Shown here one piece after another: positions 23,031 to 31,318 of a DNA stretch of 64,000 bases. The stretch spans positions 1,844,363 through 1,908,362 of the forward strand of contig OY764542.1 in the NCBI GenBank assembly GCA_963668465.1, written 5' to 3'. Within the stretch, counting starts at the first letter, position 1; each line of letters starts with the position of its first letter. The notes beneath the pieces are model-generated. The model was given only the letters and a program-made list of their open reading frames with translations. It was not told the DNA's origin and did not search any database. Origin of the DNA: Dehalococcoidia bacterium (GTDB lineage: Bacteria; Chloroflexota; Dehalococcoidia; Lucifugimonadales; Australimonadaceae). The translations under genes and the position numbers were made by a program.

Positions 23031-24132
23031 TTATTCGCCCTCTACGCTGGAGAGCAGGTATGCACGCATGAACCCTTCCAACTCGCCGCCCAACACGAGG
23101 TCAGGGTTCGTGGACTCATAGCCGGAGCGGTGGTCCTTAACCATCTTGTACGGGTGGAGCACGTAGCTCCTGATCTGGCTCCCCCACCCCGCGGAGACAT
23201 GCTCGCCCTTGAGCGCGGCCCGCTCCTCAGCGCGCCTGCGCATCTCAACTTCCATGAGCCGGGCACGGAGAATCTTCATCGCTACTTCACGGTTCTGAAG
23301 TTGCGAGCGTTCGTTCTGACAGGAGACGACGATGCCGGACGGTAAGTGCCGGATTCGGACGGCGGTGGAGTTCTTCTGCACATGCTGGCCGCCTGCGCCG
23401 CTCGCCTTGAAGACATCCATCTCGATGTCGTCCGGGTTGATCTGCAGGGCCACGTTGTCTTCCGCTTCCGGCAGCACTTCCACGAGCGCGAACGAGGTGT
23501 GGCGCGCGTGTGCGGCGTCGAACGGCGAGAGGCGCACGAGCCGGTGTACGCCGCGCTCCGCCTTCGCGTATCCGTACGCATAGTCGCCTGCGACTTCCAG
23601 CGTCACGCTCTTGACTCCCGCTTCCTCGCCCGAGGAGAGGTCGAGCACCTGCGCCTTGAAGCCGCTCTGCGCCGCCCATCGCGTGTACATGCGCAGGAGC
23701 ATCTCGGTCCAGTCCTGAGCGTCGGTGCCGCCCTCGCGGGCATGGATGGCGACTATCGCGTTGCGGTCGTCGTACTCGCCGGAGAGCACCAGCAGCAGCT
23801 CACGCCGCTCGGCCTCGGCGAAGATCGCCGCGCTCTCCTCCGCGAGCTCCTCTGCCAGCGAAGCGTCGTCCGCCTCGATGGCCATGCTCAGGAGTTCGAT
23901 GGTCGAGCCCACGCGGGACTCGAAGCCGCGCCAGCCGTCGATGCTGGAGCGCAGGCGCGAGAGCCGCTGCATCACGGCCTGCGCGTGCTCCGGGTCGTTC
24001 CAGAAATCAGGAGCGGCTGCCTGCCCCTCTAGTCGCTCGAGTTCCGCTTGCTGGCCGGGGAGGTCAAAGCCGCACCATGATGCCGGCTATATGCCCGGCG
24101 AGGTCGGTGAGGCGTTGTCGCAGTTCTTCCAT
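23031..24132 (-). CDS. prfB: Peptide chain release factor 2, with programmed +1 frameshift (CTT TGA C at 24069-24063)
   Basis: ATG 24132 gives 22 codons (MEELRQRLTDLAGHIAGIMVRL), then an in-frame TGA. The +1 frame continues 'DLPGQQAELERLEGQAAAPDFWND' into the ORF ending at 23031. It carries 'SPF' and 'GGQ' motifs. Confidence 0.9.
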
Positions 24133-24244
24133 GGCAGGTCCATCCCTCCCGCAAGCCATCTGATTCGCTCATCATTCTACCATCCGGGCGGGGCTAACCT
24201 GCGATGGACGAGGCGGCCTGCCTGTGCTACGCTCGCTCTACGGC

Positions 24245-24321
24245 CGGGGTGTGGCGCAGTCCGGAAGCGCACCTGCATGGGGTGCAGGGGGCCGTTGGTT
24301 CAAATCCAATCACCCCGACCA
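24245..24321 (+). tRNA. tRNA-Pro (anticodon GGG), encoded CCA
   Basis: Hand-folded. Acceptor cggggtg/caccccg, anticodon stem cctgc/gcagg, loop atGGGgt, T-loop ttcaaat. Confidence 0.85.
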
Positions 24322-24348
24322 TTTCCAACCCAACGTCTGGAGCGGTCT

Positions 24349-24777
24349 ATGACTACGTCTGGCAGCGGCAAGCCTACGTGGGTGCTGGAACACTTCGAGC
24401 GCTACATCGCGACCGACGGCGAAGACGGCCACATGTGGCGGGGAACGCCCACGCTCCTGCTCACGACAACTGGCCGCAAGTCCGGCAGGGAGATCACGAC
24501 ACCGCTCATCTACGGCACGCACGAGGGCAACTGCATCGTCGTGGCCTCGCGCGGTGGCGCGCCGGACCACCCACAGTGGTACTACAACCTGAGCGCAAAC
24601 CCGTCTGTTCGCGTGCAGGTGGCCGCCGACAAGTTCGAAGCCGTCGCACGCACCGCAGGCCCCGATGAGAAGCCCGCCCTGTGGAAGCTCATGGCGGGCA
24701 TCTACCCTCCCTACGACGAATACCAGGCGAAGACCGAGCGGGAGATTCCCGTCGTTGTCCTGGAACGGGCTGGATAA
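24349..24777 (+). CDS. Deazaflavin(F420)-dependent nitroreductase-family oxidoreductase (DDN/DUF385-like)
   Basis: 'LLLTTTGRKSGREITTPLIY', 'GGAPDHPQWYYNL' and 'REIPVVVLE'. Only the 3' part of ORF 23725..24777 is real, because the upstream part crosses tRNA-Pro. Confidence 0.8.
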   Translation: MTTSGSGKPTWVLEHFERYIATDGEDGHMWRGTPTLLLTTTGRKSGREITTPLIYGTHEGNCIVVASRGGAPDHPQWYYNLSANPSVRVQVAADKFEAVARTAGPDEKPALWKLMAGIYPPYDEYQAKTEREIPVVVLERAG

Positions 24778-24804
24778 CCCTCCCACAAGACTTCGAGCAA
24801 ACAG

Positions 24805-24833
24805 AGAGGCCGGTATGCGAAATACCGGCCTCT
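24805..24833. terminator. Bidirectional hairpin terminator
   Basis: agaggccggtat/ataccggcctct 12-bp stem with a 5-nt loop and a T-rich tail, between convergent genes. Confidence 0.65.
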
Positions 24834-24876
24834 TCTTTGGTGTTGCCTCGGTTGATGCTGATCGTGAGGATTCGGG

Positions 24877-25188
24877 TCAGGCCGCGAGCGGCATCGTCTG
24901 CATCCTGCGGAGCGCTCGGTGCACGGTGCGAACGCTGATGCCGAACCGATTCGCCACTTCGAAGGCCTGCAGGTTTTCGTACTGGCAGGCCCACGCTATC
25001 TCCTCGTCCCGTTCCCGCAGTTTGTAGGCCTGGTACCACGCCGGGTCATCGAACCTGCAACGCGGAAGCGGGCACTCCAGGCACGACATCGACGCCTCGC
25101 AGCCGGTGTCGGCGTATCGAATCTGTTCCGGCAGCCCATCCATAGCTGGTTCGTAGCGCCTGTCTCTCGGGTTCGTGTAGATGCTCAT
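24877..25188 (-). CDS. Small Cys-rich HTH DNA-binding protein
   Basis: RBS AGGAGG. It has a 'CEASMSCLECPLPRC' cysteine cluster and a C-terminal HTH 'EVANRFGISVRTVHRAL'. Confidence 0.6.
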   Translation of the reverse strand: MSIYTNPRDRRYEPAMDGLPEQIRYADTGCEASMSCLECPLPRCRFDDPAWYQAYKLRERDEEIAWACQYENLQAFEVANRFGISVRTVHRALRRMQTMPLAA

Positions 25189-25268
25189 CGCCTCTCCTCC
25201 TTCTGGTCATTCCGCCTCATAACGGCAATCCATGCGTTCTCGATTCCGTACTGTCCAGGCAACACTCT

Positions 25269-26579
25269 TCAGGACGCGATAGCCATGGGGAACGCCATCT
25301 GCTGCTCCCCCCCTTGCTCCGCATCCGCACTCGCCAACATCGATACCCCCTCCAGGAATCCATCGTTCTGTCCCTCGACCGCTACGGTGAATCCGCGTCC
25401 CTCGCCGACTCGTAGCACGGCCCACTCCACCTCGCGGCGCAGCGCCCGGTACTCCGGCGAACCGTCCGGTGCATAGAACGCCATCTTCCCTGTGAGGGCT
25501 GCCGCCATAACGGCGAACGATTCCTTTTCTCGCTGCCAAGCCGTATCGGGGACCCACTGCATGTGGGCCGGCTCCAGGTTCTGCTCCAACAGACTCCTTA
25601 CCTGGCCATCATTACGAGACGTACGCACCCTCACGAGCACGTCCTCGCACGGCCACGTCTTCTCGACGAACCGCTTCAGCCCTGCCACGAGCGTTGCCTC
25701 GTCTGCAGCCTCAGCCCACTTGTGGTCGAGGACACGCAACGCACCCGCAGTGCGCGATGCCACGGTGACGACAGCCGTCGCGGGGGCATCGACCGTACCC
25801 GCCGCTCGCGTGGCGACGATGGATGTCACCAGCCTGTCAGCCACGGCGAGCCTTCGCGGTCCGCCTTCCCCGAACAGGGCGCGCAGACGCTCACGCGGAA
25901 ACGCCGGAGCGCCTGCGGAGATGGGGCGGAGCGCGTACGCCGTCTGAAAGTCCGGGTGCAGGTCGCCGAGCCTCTGGCGTTCGACCTCGACCCGTTCCGC
26001 GTAGCCCGGCAGCTCTGCTTCCACGCGTTCCAGTGATACGCGGAAGTGCCTGCGGTCGCCGCCTGCTGCGGCAACTTCCTTGTTGGCGAGTTTCACCCGC
26101 TCGAATGGGGTCTGGCCGTTCCAGGGGCGCCCGTAGAGGACGAGCGTCGCACCGGAGCCGTTCGCCATCTCCTGCAGGCGCACCATCTCGGTGGGTCGGA
26201 GGAGGTGGGCCTCGACGACCTGGATCAGATCGAAGTGCCCGCGTACGTGCTCCAGGTCCTCGGGCGTTGCGTACAGCACCTGCGCGCGTCCCAACCGCAC
26301 ACACGCGCTCTCGTCCGACCACAACCCCTTCAGCGAACCCGAGCGCAGGTGGCTGACGAGCCGGCCTTTCACGTCCGGTTGCCCGCCCGGAACGACGCGG
26401 AGCAGAACCCCTCCCGCGTTCACGTTCACGCTCATCACCAGCATCTCCAACTGGGAGGCCAGCTCGTTCACGCCTGCCCCGATCGGCATCTCGACCGTGA
26501 ACGCCGAGCCCTGCTGCTGCAATACGTCCGATGTAACCGCTGTCGCTATCTCACGCTGATATGTCGTTGGCGTCTTCAT
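25269..26579 (-). CDS. Terminase-large-subunit-like protein (ATPase-like N-terminal half, RNase-H-like C-terminal half; catalytic motifs apparently degenerate)
   Basis: The motif order looks like TerL: 'YQREI', 'MPIGAGVNE' at the Walker A position (no Lys), 'FDLIQVVEAH' at Walker B, 'TLVLYGRPWNG', and 'NDGFLEGVSML' near the C-terminus. This is pattern recognition only, with no profile search. Confidence 0.35.
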   Translation of the reverse strand: MKTPTTYQREIATAVTSDVLQQQGSAFTVEMPIGAGVNELASQLEMLVMSVNVNAGGVLLRVVPGGQPDVKGRLVSHLRSGSLKGLWSDESACVRLGRAQVLYATPEDLEHVRGHFDLIQVVEAHLLRPTEMVRLQEMANGSGATLVLYGRPWNGQTPFERVKLANKEVAAAGGDRRHFRVSLERVEAELPGYAERVEVERQRLGDLHPDFQTAYALRPISAGAPAFPRERLRALFGEGGPRRLAVADRLVTSIVATRAAGTVDAPATAVVTVASRTAGALRVLDHKWAEAADEATLVAGLKRFVEKTWPCEDVLVRVRTSRNDGQVRSLLEQNLEPAHMQWVPDTAWQREKESFAVMAAALTGKMAFYAPDGSPEYRALRREVEWAVLRVGEGRGFTVAVEGQNDGFLEGVSMLASADAEQGGEQQMAFPMAIAS

Positions 26580-26594
26580 CTCAATGCTCCCGGC

Positions 26595-26670
26595 AGAACG
26601 TATGTACTACGCTGCGGGCATATTAGAACGCCTGTTCTATGCTGTCAACACCGTTTAGAACGCATGTTTC
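26595..26670 (-). promoter_or_regulatory. Promoter TTGACA-17-TAATAT (minus strand: -35 at 26648-26643, -10 at 26625-26620) with three GAAC-N4-GTTC operator boxes
   Basis: The boxes are AGAACGTATGTACT (26595-26608), TAGAACGCCTGTTCTA (26624-26639, a perfect 16-nt palindrome filling the spacer) and AGAACGCATGTTTC (26657-26670). Confidence 0.7.
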
Positions 26671-26756
26671 CCACTGTTTCCCAGCCTCTCTGTCGCGGTT
26701 GCCGTTCAGCCCCACAAGGCGTAGGTTGTCCGGCGCACATCGCACGGGAGCAGGTA

Positions 26757-27572
26757 GTGACGCTCGAGGGCAAGGTCGTTGTGATAACCGGCGCAGCGAG
26801 GGGCATGGGGCGCGCCTACACGCACGGCTTCCTCGACGAGGGCTGCCGCGTCGTTTGCGGCGATCTCTCCTGGGTCGGCGACGGCGCCGAGGAGACGCGT
26901 GCCGTCGTGGAAGCGGCAGGGGGACTGGCGCTCGAACTCGACATCACACGCGACGACCACATCGTGGCTGCGTTCGCGGCAACGATGGAGCGCTTCGGGA
27001 CCGTGGACGTGCTGCTGAACAACGCAGGGATGCGTCAGCGGCACGTCATCCCACCGCACGGCATCGGCAAGGTGCTGGATGTGCCGCCGGAGGACTGGCG
27101 GCGCATGTTCGACGTCAACGTCTTCGGCACGCTCGCGATGATCCGCACGTTCGTTCAGCCGATGCTGGAGAAGCGTGCGGGAAGCATCATCAACGTCTCC
27201 ACGACAGGGACCGACCCGCGCTGGTACCGGCCGCACAGCCGGGAGCAGCCCTACATGGCATCCAAGTCCGCACTCACGAACCTCTCGCTCTACCTCGCGA
27301 ACGAGATCGCTGAGTACAACGTCGCGGTCAACGTGCTCTTTCCGCCGCATGCCGCCACCACCGGCACTCGGGAGCAGGACATCATCCGCAAGGAGCACGG
27401 CATCATGGCGGCGGGCGCGATACCGCTGAAGCCTGAGGCGGTCGTGCCCCTTGCCAAGTTCTTCGCCGCGCAGACCGCCTCGACCGGCGTCACCGGCAAG
27501 GTCATCTACGCCGCCGACTGGAACCTCGAGCACGGCCTCGGCGGGCCGGACGCGTGGCTATCCGAGGGTTGA
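26757..27572 (+). CDS. Short-chain dehydrogenase/reductase
   Basis: GTG start after GGGAG, and 'VVVITGAARGMGRA'. The upstream part of ORF 26046..27572 is antisense to the previous gene. Confidence 0.8.
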   Translation: MTLEGKVVVITGAARGMGRAYTHGFLDEGCRVVCGDLSWVGDGAEETRAVVEAAGGLALELDITRDDHIVAAFAATMERFGTVDVLLNNAGMRQRHVIPPHGIGKVLDVPPEDWRRMFDVNVFGTLAMIRTFVQPMLEKRAGSIINVSTTGTDPRWYRPHSREQPYMASKSALTNLSLYLANEIAEYNVAVNVLFPPHAATTGTREQDIIRKEHGIMAAGAIPLKPEAVVPLAKFFAAQTASTGVTGKVIYAADWNLEHGLGGPDAWLSEG

Positions 27573-27582
27573 GGAGCACATC

Positions 27583-28659
27583 ATGGGCTGGACGATCCAC
27601 CATCCGAACGGGCTGCTGTACCACGACCCTGCGCAGGCGTTCCAGGGCTATACGCTCGTCTCGATGTCGGGCGGCAAGGACGCCTTCCTCATCGACATGG
27701 AGGGACGCGTCTGCCATCGCTGGCACCGGGAAGAGGGCATCTCCTACGGGTTCCTGTTGGAGAATGGCAACCTGCTCAGCCGGACGCGCGCCAGCGGCGG
27801 GTTCATCCCACCCTCCGATCAGCCCACCGGCGTCCTGGAACTGGACTGGGACGGCAACATTGTGTGGGAGTACTGGGACCCCTTCGTGCACCACGACTTC
27901 GAGCGGTTGCCGGACGGGAACACGCTCCTGGTGCTCTACGACCTCATGCCGCAGGACGCAGCGCGCCGGGTGCGCGGAGGGCGCGGGAGCATCGAGGAGC
28001 AGATGTACGGTGAACTGGTGCGTGAGGTGGATGCGGCGGGGGCAACCGTGCGGGAGTGGAGCATGTGGGAGGGGCTCGATCCCGAGCAGGACGCCATCTG
28101 CCCTCTGGAAGAGCGCCACCAGTGGCTGCACCAGAACGCGCTGAACCTCACGCCGGATGGCGACCTGCTGGTCAGCTTCCGGCAGATAGACACGGTGGGC
28201 ATCGTCAGCCGCGAGACCGGGCAGTACACGTGGAAGTGGGGGCCGGGCGAGATATCGCACCAGCACCACCCGACGTTCCTGCCCAACGGCCGTGTCCTGC
28301 TGTTCGACAACGGCCCGCATCGTGGCGGGGCGACGTACTCGCGTGTCCTCGAGGTGGAGCCTGAGAGCGGGCGCATCGCGTGGCAGTACACAGGGTCTCC
28401 GCTCATCTCGTTCTACAGCTACCACATCAGCGGCGCTGAGCGGCAGCCGAATGGCAACACGCTGATCTGCGAGGGCGCGCCGGGGCGGCTGTTCGAGGTG
28501 ACGCCCGGCGGGGAAGTCGTGTGGGAGTACGTGAACCCGCACGTCATACCGGAGGGGGCGCCGACAGGCTCGGGCGGGCCGAACTCCGTCTTCCGCGGGC
28601 ACCGCTACACGCCGGACCACCCGGCGCTCGCGGGGAAGGACCTGACGCCGCTCGACTAG
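27583..28659 (+). CDS. Arylsulfotransferase (ASST)-like beta-propeller protein
   Basis: RBS GAGGAG. It has repeated 'G..lw.y' blades, 'HHDFERLPDGNTLL' and 'HQHHPTFLPNGRVLLFDNG'. Confidence 0.6.
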   Translation: MGWTIHHPNGLLYHDPAQAFQGYTLVSMSGGKDAFLIDMEGRVCHRWHREEGISYGFLLENGNLLSRTRASGGFIPPSDQPTGVLELDWDGNIVWEYWDPFVHHDFERLPDGNTLLVLYDLMPQDAARRVRGGRGSIEEQMYGELVREVDAAGATVREWSMWEGLDPEQDAICPLEERHQWLHQNALNLTPDGDLLVSFRQIDTVGIVSRETGQYTWKWGPGEISHQHHPTFLPNGRVLLFDNGPHRGGATYSRVLEVEPESGRIAWQYTGSPLISFYSYHISGAERQPNGNTLICEGAPGRLFEVTPGGEVVWEYVNPHVIPEGAPTGSGGPNSVFRGHRYTPDHPALAGKDLTPLD

Positions 28660-28660
28660 C

Positions 28661-29938
28661 TCAGGCCATGGCGGCCATGAGCTCAGGGACGCGGGGGTTC
28701 TCCTTGAAGGGTTTGTCCGATTCGAGGAGCGCGGACCACGAGCGCACGCCGAAGTGTTCGCCGGTGGACGCGGCGAGCGGTTCGACGCCGTCGGCGAGAG
28801 CCTTGGCGTCGCGGAGCAGGCGGCGGCGCATCGTGATGATGGGGATGTCGCTCGTGCCTAGGTGCTCGCGTGTGCGATCCGCGAGCGCGCCCATACCTTC
28901 CACGACGGCGGTGTCCTGTTCGCGGACGCCGACGATGCCACTGAGCAGGTCCGTGTGGCGCTGGAGGTAGCGGTCCTGCATGAAGTGGTTGGCCATCGTG
29001 GCGCGCAGGCGTCCGGTTTCGGGGTCGATGGTCGCGATGTGGGGCATAGGGCCGTGCTGGACGTTGTCGCGCTCGCGCTGCGTGATCTCCTCGGTAGGCG
29101 ACCAGATGATGCACCAGACCTGCGTCTGCACGTCGTTGATGGGCACCCACATGTGGCCGTGCGCGCGGCGGAGTTCGAGGTCGGTGGGGATCATGGTGAT
29201 ATAGGGCATGAGCCACTGGTTGATGCGCCAATAGTCTTTGGCAGGGTCGCTGGTCGTGCGCTGCGCGGCGAGCATCATGCCGTACTCGGTGGTGTCCACG
29301 ACCCAGCGGGGCGAGGTGTCGTAGAGGAGGAGGTCGCTGTCCTGGCGGGAGATGGAGGGGTCACGGAAGAGCGAGCCCCGGTGGAGGAAGCCGACGTGGC
29401 TGGAGTCGATGTCGCCCTCCAGCGCCTGCACCCAGTTGCACTCCTGGTTGTAGCGGACGACGTTCCGCATCTCCGGAGTGATGCCGGCCCATTCGATATG
29501 CGGCAGGCCGGGCATCACTTCCTGCGGCCCCATGTAGGCCCAGAGGATTCCTGCCATCTCGCGGACGGGGTAGGACTTCGCGCTTATCTTGTTCTTGAAG
29601 TTGGAGCGGGCGGGCTCGGAGGGCATCTCCATGCACGCGCCGGTGCTGTCGAATTTCCAGCCGTGGTAGATGCAGCGGAGGCCGTCGCCCTCGTTCTTGC
29701 CGAAGTAGAGCGGGGTGCCGCGGTGGGGGCAGAAGTTCTCGAACATGACGTATCGCCCCTCGCCGTCACGGAAGACGATGAGCTTCTCGCCGAGCAGTTC
29801 GACCTCGACGGGGTCGCCCGCGATGGGCTCCACCTTCGACGCCTCGATGAAGGGCACCCAGAAGCGCCTGAGCAGGTCGCCCATCATCGTGCCGGGGCCG
29901 ACCTGCCCCAGGGTCGTGTTGTCCTGCAAGCTCAGCAT
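28661..29938 (-). CDS. Rieske [2Fe-2S] aromatic-ring-hydroxylating oxygenase, alpha subunit-like
   Basis: RBS GGAGG precedes ATG 29938. The Rieske motif is 'CPHRG...CIYHGWKF'. The track ORF extended to 30484 was rejected. Confidence 0.85.
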   Translation of the reverse strand: MLSLQDNTTLGQVGPGTMMGDLLRRFWVPFIEASKVEPIAGDPVEVELLGEKLIVFRDGEGRYVMFENFCPHRGTPLYFGKNEGDGLRCIYHGWKFDSTGACMEMPSEPARSNFKNKISAKSYPVREMAGILWAYMGPQEVMPGLPHIEWAGITPEMRNVVRYNQECNWVQALEGDIDSSHVGFLHRGSLFRDPSISRQDSDLLLYDTSPRWVVDTTEYGMMLAAQRTTSDPAKDYWRINQWLMPYITMIPTDLELRRAHGHMWVPINDVQTQVWCIIWSPTEEITQRERDNVQHGPMPHIATIDPETGRLRATMANHFMQDRYLQRHTDLLSGIVGVREQDTAVVEGMGALADRTREHLGTSDIPIITMRRRLLRDAKALADGVEPLAASTGEHFGVRSWSALLESDKPFKENPRVPELMAAMA

Positions 29939-29958
29939 GACCGCTGCCTCCTTCCGCT

Positions 29959-29997
29959 TCACCCCCATCCTTCCCTTCCCCCATCGAGGGGGAAGGG
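29959..29997 (+). repeat. GC-rich hairpin repeat, family 1 (core ccttccccc-atcga-gggggaagg)
   Basis: Near-identical copies lie at 31912-31952 and 33262-33301, all intergenic and in the same orientation. Confidence 0.8.
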
Positions 29998-30026
29998 AAC
30001 AGGGGGCACGATACGAACCCTGCCGG

Positions 30027-30401
30027 TTACTCGTCAAGGTCAGGGTCTTCCTCCTGTTCTTCCTCGTCGTCTTCGTCGTCTTCCTGGTCTTCCTCCTCCC
30101 AGTCGTCCTCGTCTCCCTTCCCGTTTCCGCCCCATTCGTCTTCGAGGCCTTCCTCCTGCACGCGGGAGAGGAGCATCTGGCGGGCGGGACACCCGCAGCG
30201 CTTGTTGATGAGCAGGTGCTTCTCGGCGTGGGCGTGGACGATGGCCTGGACGATGCGCGCCGGGTCCGGGAGGCGGTAGTCGTCGGCGCACCCTTCGAGG
30301 TAGGCGGCATATGGACCGTCGTCGAGGATGGGCACCCGGGCGGCGTAGGCGGCATCCCTGAAGTAGTCCTCATAGGCGGGCAGCGTCCCGCGCCTCTCCA
30401 T
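30027..30401 (-). CDS. Hypothetical protein with poly-acidic C-terminal tail
   Basis: RBS AAGGAGG. A 124-aa ORF whose last ~45 aa are almost all D/E ('DEDDWEEEDQEDDEDDEEEQEEDPDLDE'). Confidence 0.6.
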   Translation of the reverse strand: MERRGTLPAYEDYFRDAAYAARVPILDDGPYAAYLEGCADDYRLPDPARIVQAIVHAHAEKHLLINKRCGCPARQMLLSRVQEEGLEDEWGGNGKGDEDDWEEEDQEDDEDDEEEQEEDPDLDE

Positions 30402-30410
30402 CGCCTCCTT

Positions 30411-30506
30411 TCACTGCTCGACGTAGGCTTCCGCGGCGGGCATGAGGTCGAGCTGGGCCCTGATGCAGGCGTGGTAGCGTGCAATGGAGCGGACGGCGGA
30501 CCTCAT
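30411..30506 (-). CDS. Candidate 31-aa micro-ORF (MRSAVRSIARYHACIRAQLDLMPAAEAYVEQ)
   Basis: Its ATG overlaps the upstream gene's TGA as ATGA. Its stop is followed at once by the AAGGAGG RBS of the next gene. It is below the ORF-track size cutoff. Confidence 0.35.
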   Translation of the reverse strand: MRSAVRSIARYHACIRAQLDLMPAAEAYVEQ

Positions 30507-30904
30507 CGCTGGTACCTCAACAGGGCGGTAGCGGTCTGGAGGGTTTCCAGATCGTGGCGGATCTCGCGGACGTCGCCGACCTTAAGCGCGGTGGAGAGGG
30601 TGATGCGGACGGCCATGGCCCTGACCCTGGGGTTGGGGTCCTCCAGGAGTTCAGCGAGGATGTTGATGCTCTTGAGGACGAGGCCCTGGAGTTCGACGCG
30701 CGCCAGGGACTCGGCGTCCTTGCGGACACGTTCGAGTTCGCCGCGGAAGACGGGGTCGTGCATCCACCTGTGGAGGGTGGTGCGGTTGATGCGAGCGGCC
30801 TTCGCGCCGGCAGTGAGCGAGTCGGTGGCGGCGATATAGGGAAGCGCAAGGGTCTGCTTGGGTGAGAGGGCGACTTTTCTGTTTTCTGTTGCTTTCTGCT
30901 GCAT
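30503..30904 (-). CDS. HTH protein, phage terminase-small-subunit-like N-terminus
   Basis: ATG 30904 has GGAG upstream. 'LSPKQTLALPYIAATDSLTAGAKAARINRTTLHRWMHDPVFRGEL' resembles the TerS/HTH_23 pattern. The assignment is from memory only. Confidence 0.45.
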   Translation of the reverse strand: MQQKATENRKVALSPKQTLALPYIAATDSLTAGAKAARINRTTLHRWMHDPVFRGELERVRKDAESLARVELQGLVLKSINILAELLEDPNPRVRAMAVRITLSTALKVGDVREIRHDLETLQTATALLRYQR

Positions 30905-30983
30905 CAGGCGTACTCCACTCGTGAGATCGGCCTCTCCCCTGCAACAATCGGGCTGCGCTCCGCCTCGGCGATCCGTACAGACC

Positions 30984-31031
30984 GCAACACCAAAGCAACG
31001 GAGATGCAACGGAAATGCAACGATCTGCAAC
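30984..31031 (-). repeat. Five phased direct repeats of GCAAC (TTGC on the minus strand)
   Basis: GCAAC starts at 30984, 30995, 31006, 31017 and 31027 (spacing 11, 11, 11, 10), which is 80-127 nt upstream of ATG 30904. Confidence 0.75.
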
Positions 31032-31205
31032 AGGGCCTTCCGCGGGCGCAGGGGCAGGGGTTGGTGGCCGTCATGAACAGGGTACGCATGGGCGGTTCGT
31101 TCGCACAACGGGCAGATGTCACATCTCAGATAATCAACAAGGATGAACAGGATGGTGAGGTGCCATGCGGGGGGCAGGGTCGCGAGGTTCCTGCCTCTGC
31201 TGGAT

Positions 31206-31232
31206 GGTTCGACAGGCTCACCATGAGCGGGC
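31206..31232 (+). repeat. Repeat family 3 (ggttcgacaggctcaccatgagcgggc)
   Basis: An identical core is at 32701-32727 (+), and its reverse complement is at 58045-58070. Confidence 0.8.
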
Positions 31233-31318
31233 TGTCCCGAGAGATGCTTCGAATTTGCTGCTCTCCGCTCAGCATGACAGGCACTCTCATCCCCCGCCCT
31301 TGCTGCAAGGGATGAGCC

